A stretch of 64,000 nucleotides of DNA, from NCBI GenBank assembly GCA_026390695.1, contig JAPLFL010000070.1:624-64623 (forward strand), written 5' to 3'. This document shows, piece by piece, positions 29,716 through 39,018 of the stretch (the first letter of the stretch is position 1; every line of letters begins with the position of its first letter). Source of the stretch: Candidatus Kapaibacterium sp. GTDB taxonomy: Bacteria; Bacteroidota; Ignavibacteria; Kapaibacteriales; UBA2268. The notes under the pieces were generated by a model that did not search any database, was not told where the DNA came from, and was given only the letters and a program-made list of their open reading frames with translations. Both the position numbers and the translations under genes were made by a program.

Positions 29716-30354
29716 TCATCCTGTAATATTTTTAATTTTATTTCGATTGAATGAAGCCCAATGCCCTAAAATATTACACTGATCAACCTCTGAAAACTTT
29801 GGACTGTCATACATCGATGATGAATTACGTTGACGAAAAGCTTCATAAAGACTAACAGCAGCGGCTACTGAGATATTTAAACTTTTAATCATCCCGACCT
29901 GAGGAATGATGAAATTAGCATCAGCCTGTTCGGTTGCTTCTTTGGAAACACCAGAATGCTCATTGCCGAAAACAAGGGCTGATGGGAGAGTAAAGTCAAT
30001 ATTATAAAGAGAAATTGATTCAGAATTAAGATGAGTTGAAAATATTTTAAAACCTTGCTCCCTCAGCGATTGGTAGCAAGAATCAACTGATGTAAAATAT
30101 TCGGTTTGTACCCAACGGTTAGCGCTTGCAGAACTGGTTTGATTAAGTTTTGGTGGTACCTGACCTGAATGATATAACAAACAAACTTTATAAACACCAA
30201 CGGCATCACAGGAACGCAGAACAGCACTCAGATTATGAGGATCATAAATATTTTCAAGCACGACCGTTAAGGATGGTTGACGGTGTTCTATCACATATTT
30301 CAACCGCTGATAACGTTCAGGTGTGATCATGTCTATATAATTCAGAGCATCCAT
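29716..30354 (-). CDS. SpoU/TrmH-family RNA 2'-O-methyltransferase
   Basis: SPOUT motifs NLSAVLRSCDAVGV and ALVFGNEHSGVS. 212 aa. Confidence 0.7.
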   Translation of the reverse strand: MDALNYIDMITPERYQRLKYVIEHRQPSLTVVLENIYDPHNLSAVLRSCDAVGVYKVCLLYHSGQVPPKLNQTSSASANRWVQTEYFTSVDSCYQSLREQGFKIFSTHLNSESISLYNIDFTLPSALVFGNEHSGVSKEATEQADANFIIPQVGMIKSLNISVAAAVSLYEAFRQRNSSSMYDSPKFSEVDQCNILGHWASFNRNKIKNITG

Positions 30355-30514
30355 TTCTCAAATTTTTCAATTTAAATAGATTCAAAGCCACATAATTGAA
30401 CAATATTATTAAATAACTTTTATTGTCAACTAATATCAAAAATTATTTTTTTAAAAGATTAACAAACTCTTATCTTGATTACAAAATGCCAAATTCATAA
30501 TTCAAGATTAATTA

Positions 30515-31789
30515 TTATTTATCCGCTTCACCCATCACAGGATCAATTGAACCAATCACAAGGATTACATCGGCTATCATGGAACCTTCAGCCATTTCAG
30601 GTAAGCCTTGAAGATTAGATGCTGATGGAGAATGGATTTTCATTTTCCAAGGGCGACCAGTTCCATCTGAAACAATAAAAAAGCCTAATTCACCTTTTGG
30701 GGCTTCTATGGCTGTATATGATTCACCTACAAGGGGAGTTCCACCAAAATTAATCAGCATAAAATCATTAATCAGGCTCTCCATGCTGGTATAGACCGAT
30801 TCTTTTTTAGGAAGTGTTGTCTTTGGACTGTTTGAACGAATGGGGCCAGACGGCATCTGATCGAGGATTTGAGTTATAAGTTTTGTTGATTCCTTCATTT
30901 CATCAACTCTGACCATATACCTTGACCAGCAATCACAATCGTTATAAGTAATTACATTAAAATCAAGTTTGTCATATATCATATATGGGTTATCACGTCT
31001 CAGATCATGCTTAACACCACTACCTCTAAGGGTTGGGCCATTTAAACCAAGCTGAATACATCTTTCGGCAGACAGGATTCCAATTCCAGCAGTTCTATCA
31101 ACAAAAATTCTGTTTCTATGAACTAATTTTTCATTTTTTTGAAGTTCTTTGGGAAACTGAGCAACCCATTCTCTTATACGACGAATTATGTCATCGTTAA
31201 TATCGAAAGAAACGCCACCAATCCGTGTATGACTTGTTGTAAAGCGGGCTCCGGTGATTAACTCGAATAAATCATATAATTTTTCTCTTTCGACAAAAGT
31301 CCATAAAAGTGCAGTCAGAGCTCCTGCATCGAGACATGTAGCACCCATTGCCATTAAATGGGAAGAAATACGTGCCATTTCGCACAAAAGGGTTCTGATC
31401 CATGTTGCACGTTCAGGAACTTCAACGTTGAAAACCTTCTCAATTGCCAGAACTATAGCCACATTATTGGATAATGGTGAAAGATAATCCAAACGATCAG
31501 TATGTGGAATAAATTCATGGTAAGTCAGATTTTCGGCAAGTTTTTCAAAGCCGCGATGCAAATAGCCAAGTTCTGGTACTGCTTTAATTATATTTTCACC
31601 GTCTAAACGAAGCAAAACCCGCAGTACACCATGCGTTGCAGGATGTTGAGGCCCCATATTGAGTACCATGTCATTTTCTAAAGGGTCATCAAATATAAGC
31701 GATGTGTCTTTATCTAATAACTCACGATAAATTTTTTGTTGTCGAATTCTATTAAGTTCTTCAACTTCGGCTTTTGTTCTTAAATTCAT
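30515..31789 (-). CDS. nuoD: NADH-quinone oxidoreductase subunit D (49-kDa subunit) homolog, orphan
   Basis: MGPQHPATHGVLRVLLRLDGE, LHRGFEKLAE, and the C-terminal ...GSIDPVMGEADK are hallmark NuoD/Nqo4 motifs. It lacks the N-terminal Cys pairs of [NiFe]-hydrogenase large subunits. No nuoB/C/E neighbours in the window. Confidence 0.7.
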   Translation of the reverse strand: MNLRTKAEVEELNRIRQQKIYRELLDKDTSLIFDDPLENDMVLNMGPQHPATHGVLRVLLRLDGENIIKAVPELGYLHRGFEKLAENLTYHEFIPHTDRLDYLSPLSNNVAIVLAIEKVFNVEVPERATWIRTLLCEMARISSHLMAMGATCLDAGALTALLWTFVEREKLYDLFELITGARFTTSHTRIGGVSFDINDDIIRRIREWVAQFPKELQKNEKLVHRNRIFVDRTAGIGILSAERCIQLGLNGPTLRGSGVKHDLRRDNPYMIYDKLDFNVITYNDCDCWSRYMVRVDEMKESTKLITQILDQMPSGPIRSNSPKTTLPKKESVYTSMESLINDFMLINFGGTPLVGESYTAIEAPKGELGFFIVSDGTGRPWKMKIHSPSASNLQGLPEMAEGSMIADVILVIGSIDPVMGEADK

Positions 31790-31856
31790 TTTTTCTCCGA
31801 AATTCGAATTTTATAAACATTAAAATTAAGCAAGATTCTACGTATAAACAAATATA

Positions 31857-33095
31857 TCAATATTCCTCAAGATAATCCAAATCTTTGTCAAATGTCTCCT
31901 CAAGCTGCGATAGAGCAATAAATGCAATGATAAAAGTTATTGATCCAACTAAGAGAGCTGAATTTGCCATACTGAAATGAAAGCCTGTAATAAGGAATGT
32001 AAATGATGAAGTTATCAAAACAGTAGCGCCTCTAACAAAATTTGGCACAGTAGTCGCAACAGTTGCTCTTAAATTAGTTCCGAATTGTTCTGCACCAACT
32101 GTAACGAAAACAGACCAATAGCCTATTCCCAAGCCTATACAGAAACAAAGACCATAAAACATTGTTACAGTCAGCGGCTCAAGGTATAAATATACTATTG
32201 TCAAAATATATGTTGCAACAAGGAAAATCCACAGAATTTTTTTTCTACTTCTTATCATTTGGCTACCAAAGCCACTTATTATTCCTCCGATCACTAAGCC
32301 TGAGTATGAGAACATAATAGCTTTAGAGGCTGCTATAGGTTGTGCTAATCCAAAGAATCGCCCGAATTCCGGTGAAAAAGTTATGAGAATTCCAATTACA
32401 AACCATGTCGGTAAACCTATTAAAATACATTTTATATAACGAATAAATCTTTTCTTATTGGTGAATAATCCGATGAAATCACCTTTTTTGACATTTTCAT
32501 TCTTCATATTTGAAAATATTCCAGATTCCATTATTTTAAATCTAAGTACTAAAAGAAGGAAGCCTAATGCTCCTCCAACAATATATGCCCAGTTCCAATG
32601 CAGGTAATCACCAACAATTGCAGCAGTAACCGAACCCATGATACCAACAGAAGCGACTATTGCGGTTCCATACCCTCGCTTTTCTTTTGGTAATATTTCG
32701 CTAACTAATGTGACAGCAACACCTAACTCGCCTGCCAGTCCTATTCCAGCAAATACTCTGGCAACGGAATACCAAAATACATTAGGAACAAATGCGTTTG
32801 CTACATTAGCAATGGAGTACAACAAAATTGATCCGAATAATACGGAAACTCTTCCTTTTTTATCACCTAAAATTCCCCAAAGAATGCCACCAAAGAGCAT
32901 TCCAATCATTTGCATATTAAGTAACATTGTGCCGATTTCTAACATTTTTTCAGGGGCAACTCCCAAATCCCGAAGACTTGGAACTCGTACAATTCCAAAA
33001 AGCAGAAGATCATACATATCGACAAAATAACCGAGAGCTGCCACTAATACTGGGAAGCTTAAAACTTTTGCATTTGTTGTAGAGGAACTTGTCAT
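31857..33095 (-). CDS. MFS transporter (paralog of 2701..3981)
   Basis: VLVAALGYFVDMYDLLLFGIVRVPSL ... EQFGTNLRATVATTVPNFVRG. Colinear with the first MFS gene along its whole length. Confidence 0.7.
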   Translation of the reverse strand: MTSSSTTNAKVLSFPVLVAALGYFVDMYDLLLFGIVRVPSLRDLGVAPEKMLEIGTMLLNMQMIGMLFGGILWGILGDKKGRVSVLFGSILLYSIANVANAFVPNVFWYSVARVFAGIGLAGELGVAVTLVSEILPKEKRGYGTAIVASVGIMGSVTAAIVGDYLHWNWAYIVGGALGFLLLVLRFKIMESGIFSNMKNENVKKGDFIGLFTNKKRFIRYIKCILIGLPTWFVIGILITFSPEFGRFFGLAQPIAASKAIMFSYSGLVIGGIISGFGSQMIRSRKKILWIFLVATYILTIVYLYLEPLTVTMFYGLCFCIGLGIGYWSVFVTVGAEQFGTNLRATVATTVPNFVRGATVLITSSFTFLITGFHFSMANSALLVGSITFIIAFIALSQLEETFDKDLDYLEEY

Positions 33096-33121
33096 ATTAA
33101 CCTTTTATGTTTTATGAAAAA

Positions 33122-35257
33122 TTAATCAATAAGAATAGCAGCTCCTGTTGCGAGAGATTCGAGAACTGCAAAGCTTGCATTGGTTACACTATAAATAATA
33201 TTAAAATCTATTGGCATTGGTTTACCTTCGTAAATAGCTTTGACTGTAGCTTGAACCTCTTCGGTATGACCTTTTTTTCCATCGAATTTTTTACGGATAC
33301 ATTTCCCACCCGAAAATAAATCTAAAGTCCGGAAATCATTCATAATAGCAGTTTTTCGGGCAGAAAAGACTTCAAAATATTCCTTAGGAACTGAGGAATC
33401 TCCATTGGATAAATAAGCTATAGAGCCACTGGAGCCATCTGCAAATTTAATTGTAATAAATGTATTTTCATAATCCGATGCTTCGATATTTGAAGAACTA
33501 ATATTTTCAGCATAAATTTTTATAGGTTTTGAATCTGTCAAAAAACACATACAGTCTATAAAATGACAGGCTTCTCCGATGATTCTTCCTCGTTGGCCTT
33601 CTCCATAGATCCAGTGATTTTTTGGCAGAAAACCTGCATTTACGCGATAGATCATGTTCTTTGGTTCACGAACCTCATTAAAGAATTTTTTTATTTCTTT
33701 AAAAACAGGTGAAAAACGTCGATTGAAGCCAACCATCACTCGCCCGTTATATTTTTCAACATTATCTTTTATTTCTTCAAGCTGCTGTTCATCGGTACAA
33801 AGCGGCTTTTCAACAAATATCGCTTTCCCGGCTTTTAAAGCACTAATCACATAATGAGCATGCGAATCATGGCGCGAGGAACAGAATATTGTATTAATAT
33901 CAGTATTTGAAATTAATTCATCCGAATTACTTGTACAGTATGAAAAGCCAAATCTGGAGCCAATATTCTTGGCATTTGCTGGTGTTTGAGTAGAAACAGC
34001 AATTAAATTAACTTTCTCCTCTTTTAGTGGCGGTAGCAGCGATGTTAAAGCAAAGTTACCAGCTCCGATAAATCCTATATTAATCTTTTCAGTTTTATGA
34101 ATTTTATTTGGAAAAAACACAGAGTCTCGAAGGTTCTCTTTTTCAGAGTATTTGATCAGTATTCCGATATATGGCTCTGATTGCTCTCCTGTAATGATTT
34201 TATAGGCTTCTTTTGCATTTTCAATATCAAAATCATGACTAATTAAAGCCTGCATATTGATTTTATTTGCACAAAGAAGATCAACAAAAGCCTGCATATT
34301 TCGGTTCTCTGACCAACGCACTAATCCTGCCGGATAGTCAATCCCTCTTTCTTCATAATTCGCATCATAGCGTCCAGGGCCATAACTACACGATATGCGT
34401 ATATCAATTTCTCGTTCGTAAAATGGTGATCTTGGTATATCCATACCTACGGCTCCAACAACAACTACCTTACCTTTTTTTCTTGTTAATTTAATTGCAA
34501 TTTCAATAGGTTCATTTGACTGAGTTCCTGCCGTAATAATCACAGCATCGCAGCCAATGCCGCGTGTGAAAGCATTAACATCTGAAATGCTACTTTGTGA
34601 AGAAGAAACACATATATCACATCCAAAACTTTTGGCTAAATCAAACAGTTTCTCATCAATATCCATACCGACAACCCTACAACCGGCGGCTTTCAGCAAC
34701 TGCACGGTTATCTGGCCTATTAATCCTAAACCAATAACAGCTACTGTCTCTCCCAGTCGTGGTTCAGCTTGACGAATACCTTGAAGAGCAATAGTTCCGA
34801 CAGTTGTGAATGCAGCGTCGTTATAAGACAAAGATTCAGGAATTTTTACAGCTAAATTTTTAGGAATGCAGACGTATTCAGCATGTACGGCATACCCCGC
34901 TCCTGCACATGCTACTCTATCTCCAGTAGCGAAACCTTCGGCACGAGATTCTACAACCATTCCTGAGCTACTATAGCCGAGTGTTTTGAAGGAATCAAGT
35001 TTTGATTGGACTTTTTTAATTGTAGGGATTAAGCCTTCTTTTTTAATCAGATTCATTACGAGTTTGACCTGCTCTGGCTGCTTTCGTGCTCGTTGCAGTA
35101 ATGAAGAATTAGAATTTGAAACAGATGTTTTTTCTGTACCTGAACTGATTAATGAATAATAATTTTTTACAAGTATGAAACCATCGGGACATTGCGGAAC
35201 AGGGAGTTCTTCTATGAGAATTTCCCCTGATCTTTGGTGTTGAACTATCTGAAGCAT
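33122..35257 (-). CDS. Bi-domain oxidoreductase: Zn-dependent alcohol dehydrogenase-like N-domain fused to Gfo/Idh/MocA oxidoreductase C-domain
   Basis: MDR-type Rossmann VIGLGLIGQITVQLLKAAGCRVVGMD in the N-half. Second Rossmann INIGFIGAGNFALTSLLP plus Gfo/Idh/MocA-like remainder in the C-half. 711 aa. Confidence 0.65.
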   Translation of the reverse strand: MLQIVQHQRSGEILIEELPVPQCPDGFILVKNYYSLISSGTEKTSVSNSNSSLLQRARKQPEQVKLVMNLIKKEGLIPTIKKVQSKLDSFKTLGYSSSGMVVESRAEGFATGDRVACAGAGYAVHAEYVCIPKNLAVKIPESLSYNDAAFTTVGTIALQGIRQAEPRLGETVAVIGLGLIGQITVQLLKAAGCRVVGMDIDEKLFDLAKSFGCDICVSSSQSSISDVNAFTRGIGCDAVIITAGTQSNEPIEIAIKLTRKKGKVVVVGAVGMDIPRSPFYEREIDIRISCSYGPGRYDANYEERGIDYPAGLVRWSENRNMQAFVDLLCANKINMQALISHDFDIENAKEAYKIITGEQSEPYIGILIKYSEKENLRDSVFFPNKIHKTEKINIGFIGAGNFALTSLLPPLKEEKVNLIAVSTQTPANAKNIGSRFGFSYCTSNSDELISNTDINTIFCSSRHDSHAHYVISALKAGKAIFVEKPLCTDEQQLEEIKDNVEKYNGRVMVGFNRRFSPVFKEIKKFFNEVREPKNMIYRVNAGFLPKNHWIYGEGQRGRIIGEACHFIDCMCFLTDSKPIKIYAENISSSNIEASDYENTFITIKFADGSSGSIAYLSNGDSSVPKEYFEVFSARKTAIMNDFRTLDLFSGGKCIRKKFDGKKGHTEEVQATVKAIYEGKPMPIDFNIIYSVTNASFAVLESLATGAAILID

Positions 35258-35380
35258 AATATTTACTTTTCTTGTTTAAGTTTGATAATCAGCAAAACTC
35301 CAAATTTAATACTTTATTTGTTTGAATTATCTAATATCAGGTATATTTGTTTTTTTTCATAAGTAAAAATAATCAAATCA

Positions 35381-36061
35381 ATGTCAGATAAATTTGTTCA
35401 ATTAAAATTTGATTCTGAATTCGATGCAATAATTTGCCTTAATGGTAAAATTCCTACAAAGAATTTTTTCAAAAAATGCAAAAATGTTCCGATTCTTGCT
35501 TCTGATGGTGCAAGCACGAAATTATTCAAAATAAATATAATTCCTGATTATGTTATTGGTGACATGGATTCAGCTATCAGAGCTTTATTAGATAAATTTA
35601 TACCTGAAAACAGAATCATTGAAATTAGTTCGCAAGATATTACAGATTTTGAAAAAACATTAAATTTTTCTATTAAATCAGGGTTTGAAAATATTCTGAT
35701 CTGTGGCTTTCATGGCGGTGAAATGGAACATAGCCTGAATAACGTAAGTGTTTTATTAAAATATATGAATTCCTTAAATCTTACAATATTTGAACTGAAC
35801 AGATATTGTCTGCCTATCAATAAAAGTATCCAATTTCATTGTTCATTAAATGAAATGATTTCAATTATACCACAGCCCGAATGTGATTTGAATACTGATG
35901 GCTTGCAATGGGAGCTTAAAAACGAATCCCTGAAACTTGGCACAAGAGAAGGGTCAAGAAACCGAGCTATCAAAACCAAAGTTTCGATAAAGTTGAATAG
36001 CGGCAAATATCTTTTAAGCATTAATTCAATTTTATTAAAGGCACCAAATTTTTATAATTAA
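35381..36061 (+). CDS. Thiamine pyrophosphokinase
   Basis: Colinear with B. subtilis TPK: IICLNG.../VIGDMDS (GDFDS), QDITDFEKTL (DQTDLDLAL), GFHGGEMEHSLNNVSVL (GITGGRADHFLGNIQLL). Confidence 0.65.
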   Translation: MSDKFVQLKFDSEFDAIICLNGKIPTKNFFKKCKNVPILASDGASTKLFKINIIPDYVIGDMDSAIRALLDKFIPENRIIEISSQDITDFEKTLNFSIKSGFENILICGFHGGEMEHSLNNVSVLLKYMNSLNLTIFELNRYCLPINKSIQFHCSLNEMISIIPQPECDLNTDGLQWELKNESLKLGTREGSRNRAIKTKVSIKLNSGKYLLSINSILLKAPNFYN

Positions 36062-36123
36062 CCGGAAATAATTAAAATTATTCTGCGTCTTCAATTGAAC
36101 AAAAAATAAAACTTGGATATATT

Positions 36124-36852
36124 ATGACTAATCAACGTTCTTGGTTTAGTAACAATTTGCAAAGGGAAGTCAATGCAAGTGTAAGTGGCCATTATGGTTT
36201 TTGTCTGCTATTATTCCCAACTTTTACTGATTCTCACGAGGAAAATGAGCAGAATGGTTTACTTGCTTCGATATCTTCACTTATTAAACATGGCTTCTGC
36301 AGAGTGTTTTGCATTGAAGGAATAATGAATCAATCATGGTTAAGCAATTCGATTACAGATGCTGAAAAATCCGATTTACACTTCAGATATAATAAATTTA
36401 TAGAAGAAGAAGTTGTACAATTTATTTTCACAGAGTGCAGTGGACCTGTCCCTATAATGACCTGTGGAGCATCATTCGGTGGATTTTTAGCTGCTAACTC
36501 ATACTTTAGAAGACCTGATATTTTCCTTGGAACAATAGCTATGAGTTCAACTTTTAATATTCAACACTTTTCTAAAGATTTTTTTGATGAAAATTGTTAT
36601 TTTAATTCTCCTATTCACTATTTACCCAATTTAACGGATTATTACTGGATGTCATTTCTTGTCAGCAAAAGACATGTTTATCTTGCGTCAGGCTCAGGCG
36701 AAAATGAATTCCCTGAAAATACCCATCATCTCAGTCATTTATTAAATAGTAAAGGTATCAACCATAAGACAGATATTTGGAATAACAGTTGGGGGCATAA
36801 TTATGAAACATGGAAAAAAATGCTTCCAAACATCCTTAAATCAAGTATCTGA
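36124..36852 (+). CDS. Alpha/beta-hydrolase, putative esterase family
   Basis: Nucleophile elbow CGASFGGFLAANSY in the esterase (PF00756-like) context. 242 aa. Confidence 0.5.
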   Translation: MTNQRSWFSNNLQREVNASVSGHYGFCLLLFPTFTDSHEENEQNGLLASISSLIKHGFCRVFCIEGIMNQSWLSNSITDAEKSDLHFRYNKFIEEEVVQFIFTECSGPVPIMTCGASFGGFLAANSYFRRPDIFLGTIAMSSTFNIQHFSKDFFDENCYFNSPIHYLPNLTDYYWMSFLVSKRHVYLASGSGENEFPENTHHLSHLLNSKGINHKTDIWNNSWGHNYETWKKMLPNILKSSI

Positions 36853-37053
36853 GTTATAATTTTTTTGCTTTTTTTTTAGATCAATATCCAGATAAATAGC
36901 TCCTAAAGACGTTTCCATATTGATTTCAATATTCAATCAACCAAAATAAAATCTTGAACATTTACTAAAATTTAAAAATAAAGTTTAGTAAATGATAATA
37001 TTTTAATTAATTTTCCTTAAATTACCAATGTTTTCTAAAATATAAAGGAATTA

Positions 37054-37821
37054 ATGGAAAATTTGCAACCCTATATATTAGTCACTAATGATGACGGGAT
37101 AGATTCTCCAGGTATATGCGCACTGGCAGCCGCTATGAAACTTCTCGGCGAGGTAGTGGTTATTGCTCCAGACAGACAGCAAAGTGCTGTAGGCCATTCT
37201 TTGACGGTAGCAGAGCCATTGAGAATAGCCAAGGTAAGGCATAATGGCAGTTTTTTCGGTTATTCTGTAAACGGGACACCTTCAGATTGTGTAAAAATCG
37301 GATTATCAACCATTTTAGATAAGAAACCTGATCTACTGGTATCAGGTATTAATCATGGCCAAAACACATCAATCAATGTCCTTTATTCAGGTACTGTTTC
37401 AGCAGCTACTGAAGGGGCTCTTGTTGGAATAAACTCTTTAGCTATTTCTCTTGATTCCCATAGTCATAATGTTGATTGCTCAGTAGCAGCACTTATTACA
37501 CAGGAAATTGTTAAAAAGTTGACAATTAATCAGTTGCCAAAAGGTACATTATTAAATATAAATATTCCTAATTTACCACAAAATCAAATAAAAGGCATAA
37601 AAATTGCTTCAATAAGTAAGAATATTTGGGCTGATTCTTATGAAAAGCGTTCTGACCCTTTTGGAAGGGAATATTATTGGTTCTGTGGCGACTTTTCAAA
37701 TGATGACAACAGTGAGGGAAGTGATTTTGTAGCTCTTCAAAGAGGATGGGTGACAGTTTCACCGATAAAATATGAATTTACTGATTATGGATTACTTGAT
37801 AAATTAAAGTTTTTAGAATAA
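37054..37821 (+). CDS. surE: 5'/3'-nucleotidase SurE
   Basis: ILVTNDDGIDSPGI N-terminal motif, GINHGQNTS, and overall 255-aa colinearity with SurE. Confidence 0.85.
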   Translation: MENLQPYILVTNDDGIDSPGICALAAAMKLLGEVVVIAPDRQQSAVGHSLTVAEPLRIAKVRHNGSFFGYSVNGTPSDCVKIGLSTILDKKPDLLVSGINHGQNTSINVLYSGTVSAATEGALVGINSLAISLDSHSHNVDCSVAALITQEIVKKLTINQLPKGTLLNINIPNLPQNQIKGIKIASISKNIWADSYEKRSDPFGREYYWFCGDFSNDDNSEGSDFVALQRGWVTVSPIKYEFTDYGLLDKLKFLE

Positions 37822-37832
37822 TTTTTTTTAAT

Positions 37833-38153
37833 ATGCCGAAATCTATACCAATTGAAGAAATAAAAGATGGAATGATTCTATCGGATTCCTTAGTGAACAA
37901 CTTTGGTCAGACCCTTGTGCCAGCAGGAACTGTTCTATCTGACAGACATTCTCGAATTCTTAAAACCTGGAATATTTTTACTGTTTCAATTAAAAGCGAT
38001 TCCACTGAAGATGACTTTGAAATCAATGATGACATTAGAAAAAAAGCTAAAGAAAAACTTGATTTAAGAATGAACTGGGAGCCACGCAACGCAGCAGAGG
38101 AAGACCTATATTTGCTCGGTCTATTATACACAGCTAAAAATTTATTAAAATAA
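37833..38153 (+). CDS. DUF3391-like domain protein (the domain normally found N-terminal to HD-GYP domains)
   Basis: IPIEEIKDGMILSDSLVNNFGQTLVPAGTVLSDRHSRILKTWNI fits the DUF3391 pattern (I.v..L..GMyv..dl....g.ll..G..L....i..L...gi) followed by an acidic stretch. Same reading frame as the HDOD gene, separated by one TAA. Confidence 0.4.
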   Translation: MPKSIPIEEIKDGMILSDSLVNNFGQTLVPAGTVLSDRHSRILKTWNIFTVSIKSDSTEDDFEINDDIRKKAKEKLDLRMNWEPRNAAEEDLYLLGLLYTAKNLLK

Positions 38154-38165
38154 AGGATTGAGCAA

Positions 38166-39014
38166 ATGATTCAAGTTGAACATTTTATAAGAAAATTAGA
38201 CGAGTTGCCAACTCTTCCTACAATTTATACTGCTCTTTCGGATGTGATGGCTAATCCTCGATCTACAGTATCGGATGCTGCAAATATAATTTCTCGTGAT
38301 CAAGCTTCAACGGCTAAGGTTCTTAAACATGCAAACTCATCAATATACGGCATCAGAGGTCAAATATCAACGATTTCGCAAGCTATATTCTTTATAGGCT
38401 TTGAAGAAGTCAAAAATTTAATAATCGCGCTTTCTATAATGAAAATGTTTAGTGGTTTAAAAGTGTCAAAAACCCTTAATCCTGTTGACCTTTGGAAGCA
38501 TTCTATAGCAGTGGGAGTCATTAGCAGATTAATTGGAAAAGGGCTTGGGATCAAGCATCTGGAGGATTTTTTTATTGCCGGTATTCTTCATGACGTAGGA
38601 AAATTGATGTTTTATAAATTTCTACCAACTGAATACTCTGAGGTTGTGAACTATTCTAATGAAAAAAAAATAAGTCTTCGTGAAGCTGAAGCTGAAAAAT
38701 TAGGGATTACCCATACTATAGTAGGAGAAATGTTAGCAGAAAAATGGAGATTGCCAAGAAATATTAAGAATACTATTAGCTCACATCATAGTTGTCTTGT
38801 TGATGGTAAAATTGACGAAACGGCTTATTGTGTGCATTTAGCTGACATAATAGCCCATTTCATGCAATACAATATTTCAAATTTAGGAATGATCCCAAAA
38901 CCGAATATTAATCTATGGAATGAATTTAATTTTTCCGAAGGATTTTTTTCAAAATTGTATCCACAAATAATTCGTGATTACGAAGAATCTGCTTCTCTTT
39001 TATTGAATAAATAA
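38166..39014 (+). CDS. HDOD domain signalling protein
   Basis: LPTLPTIYTALSDVMANP...AKVLKHANSSIYG...LWKHSIAVGVISRLI...FIAGILHDVGKLMF is a complete HDOD signature. Confidence 0.7.
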   Translation: MIQVEHFIRKLDELPTLPTIYTALSDVMANPRSTVSDAANIISRDQASTAKVLKHANSSIYGIRGQISTISQAIFFIGFEEVKNLIIALSIMKMFSGLKVSKTLNPVDLWKHSIAVGVISRLIGKGLGIKHLEDFFIAGILHDVGKLMFYKFLPTEYSEVVNYSNEKKISLREAEAEKLGITHTIVGEMLAEKWRLPRNIKNTISSHHSCLVDGKIDETAYCVHLADIIAHFMQYNISNLGMIPKPNINLWNEFNFSEGFFSKLYPQIIRDYEESASLLLNK

Positions 39015-39018
39015 ATTC

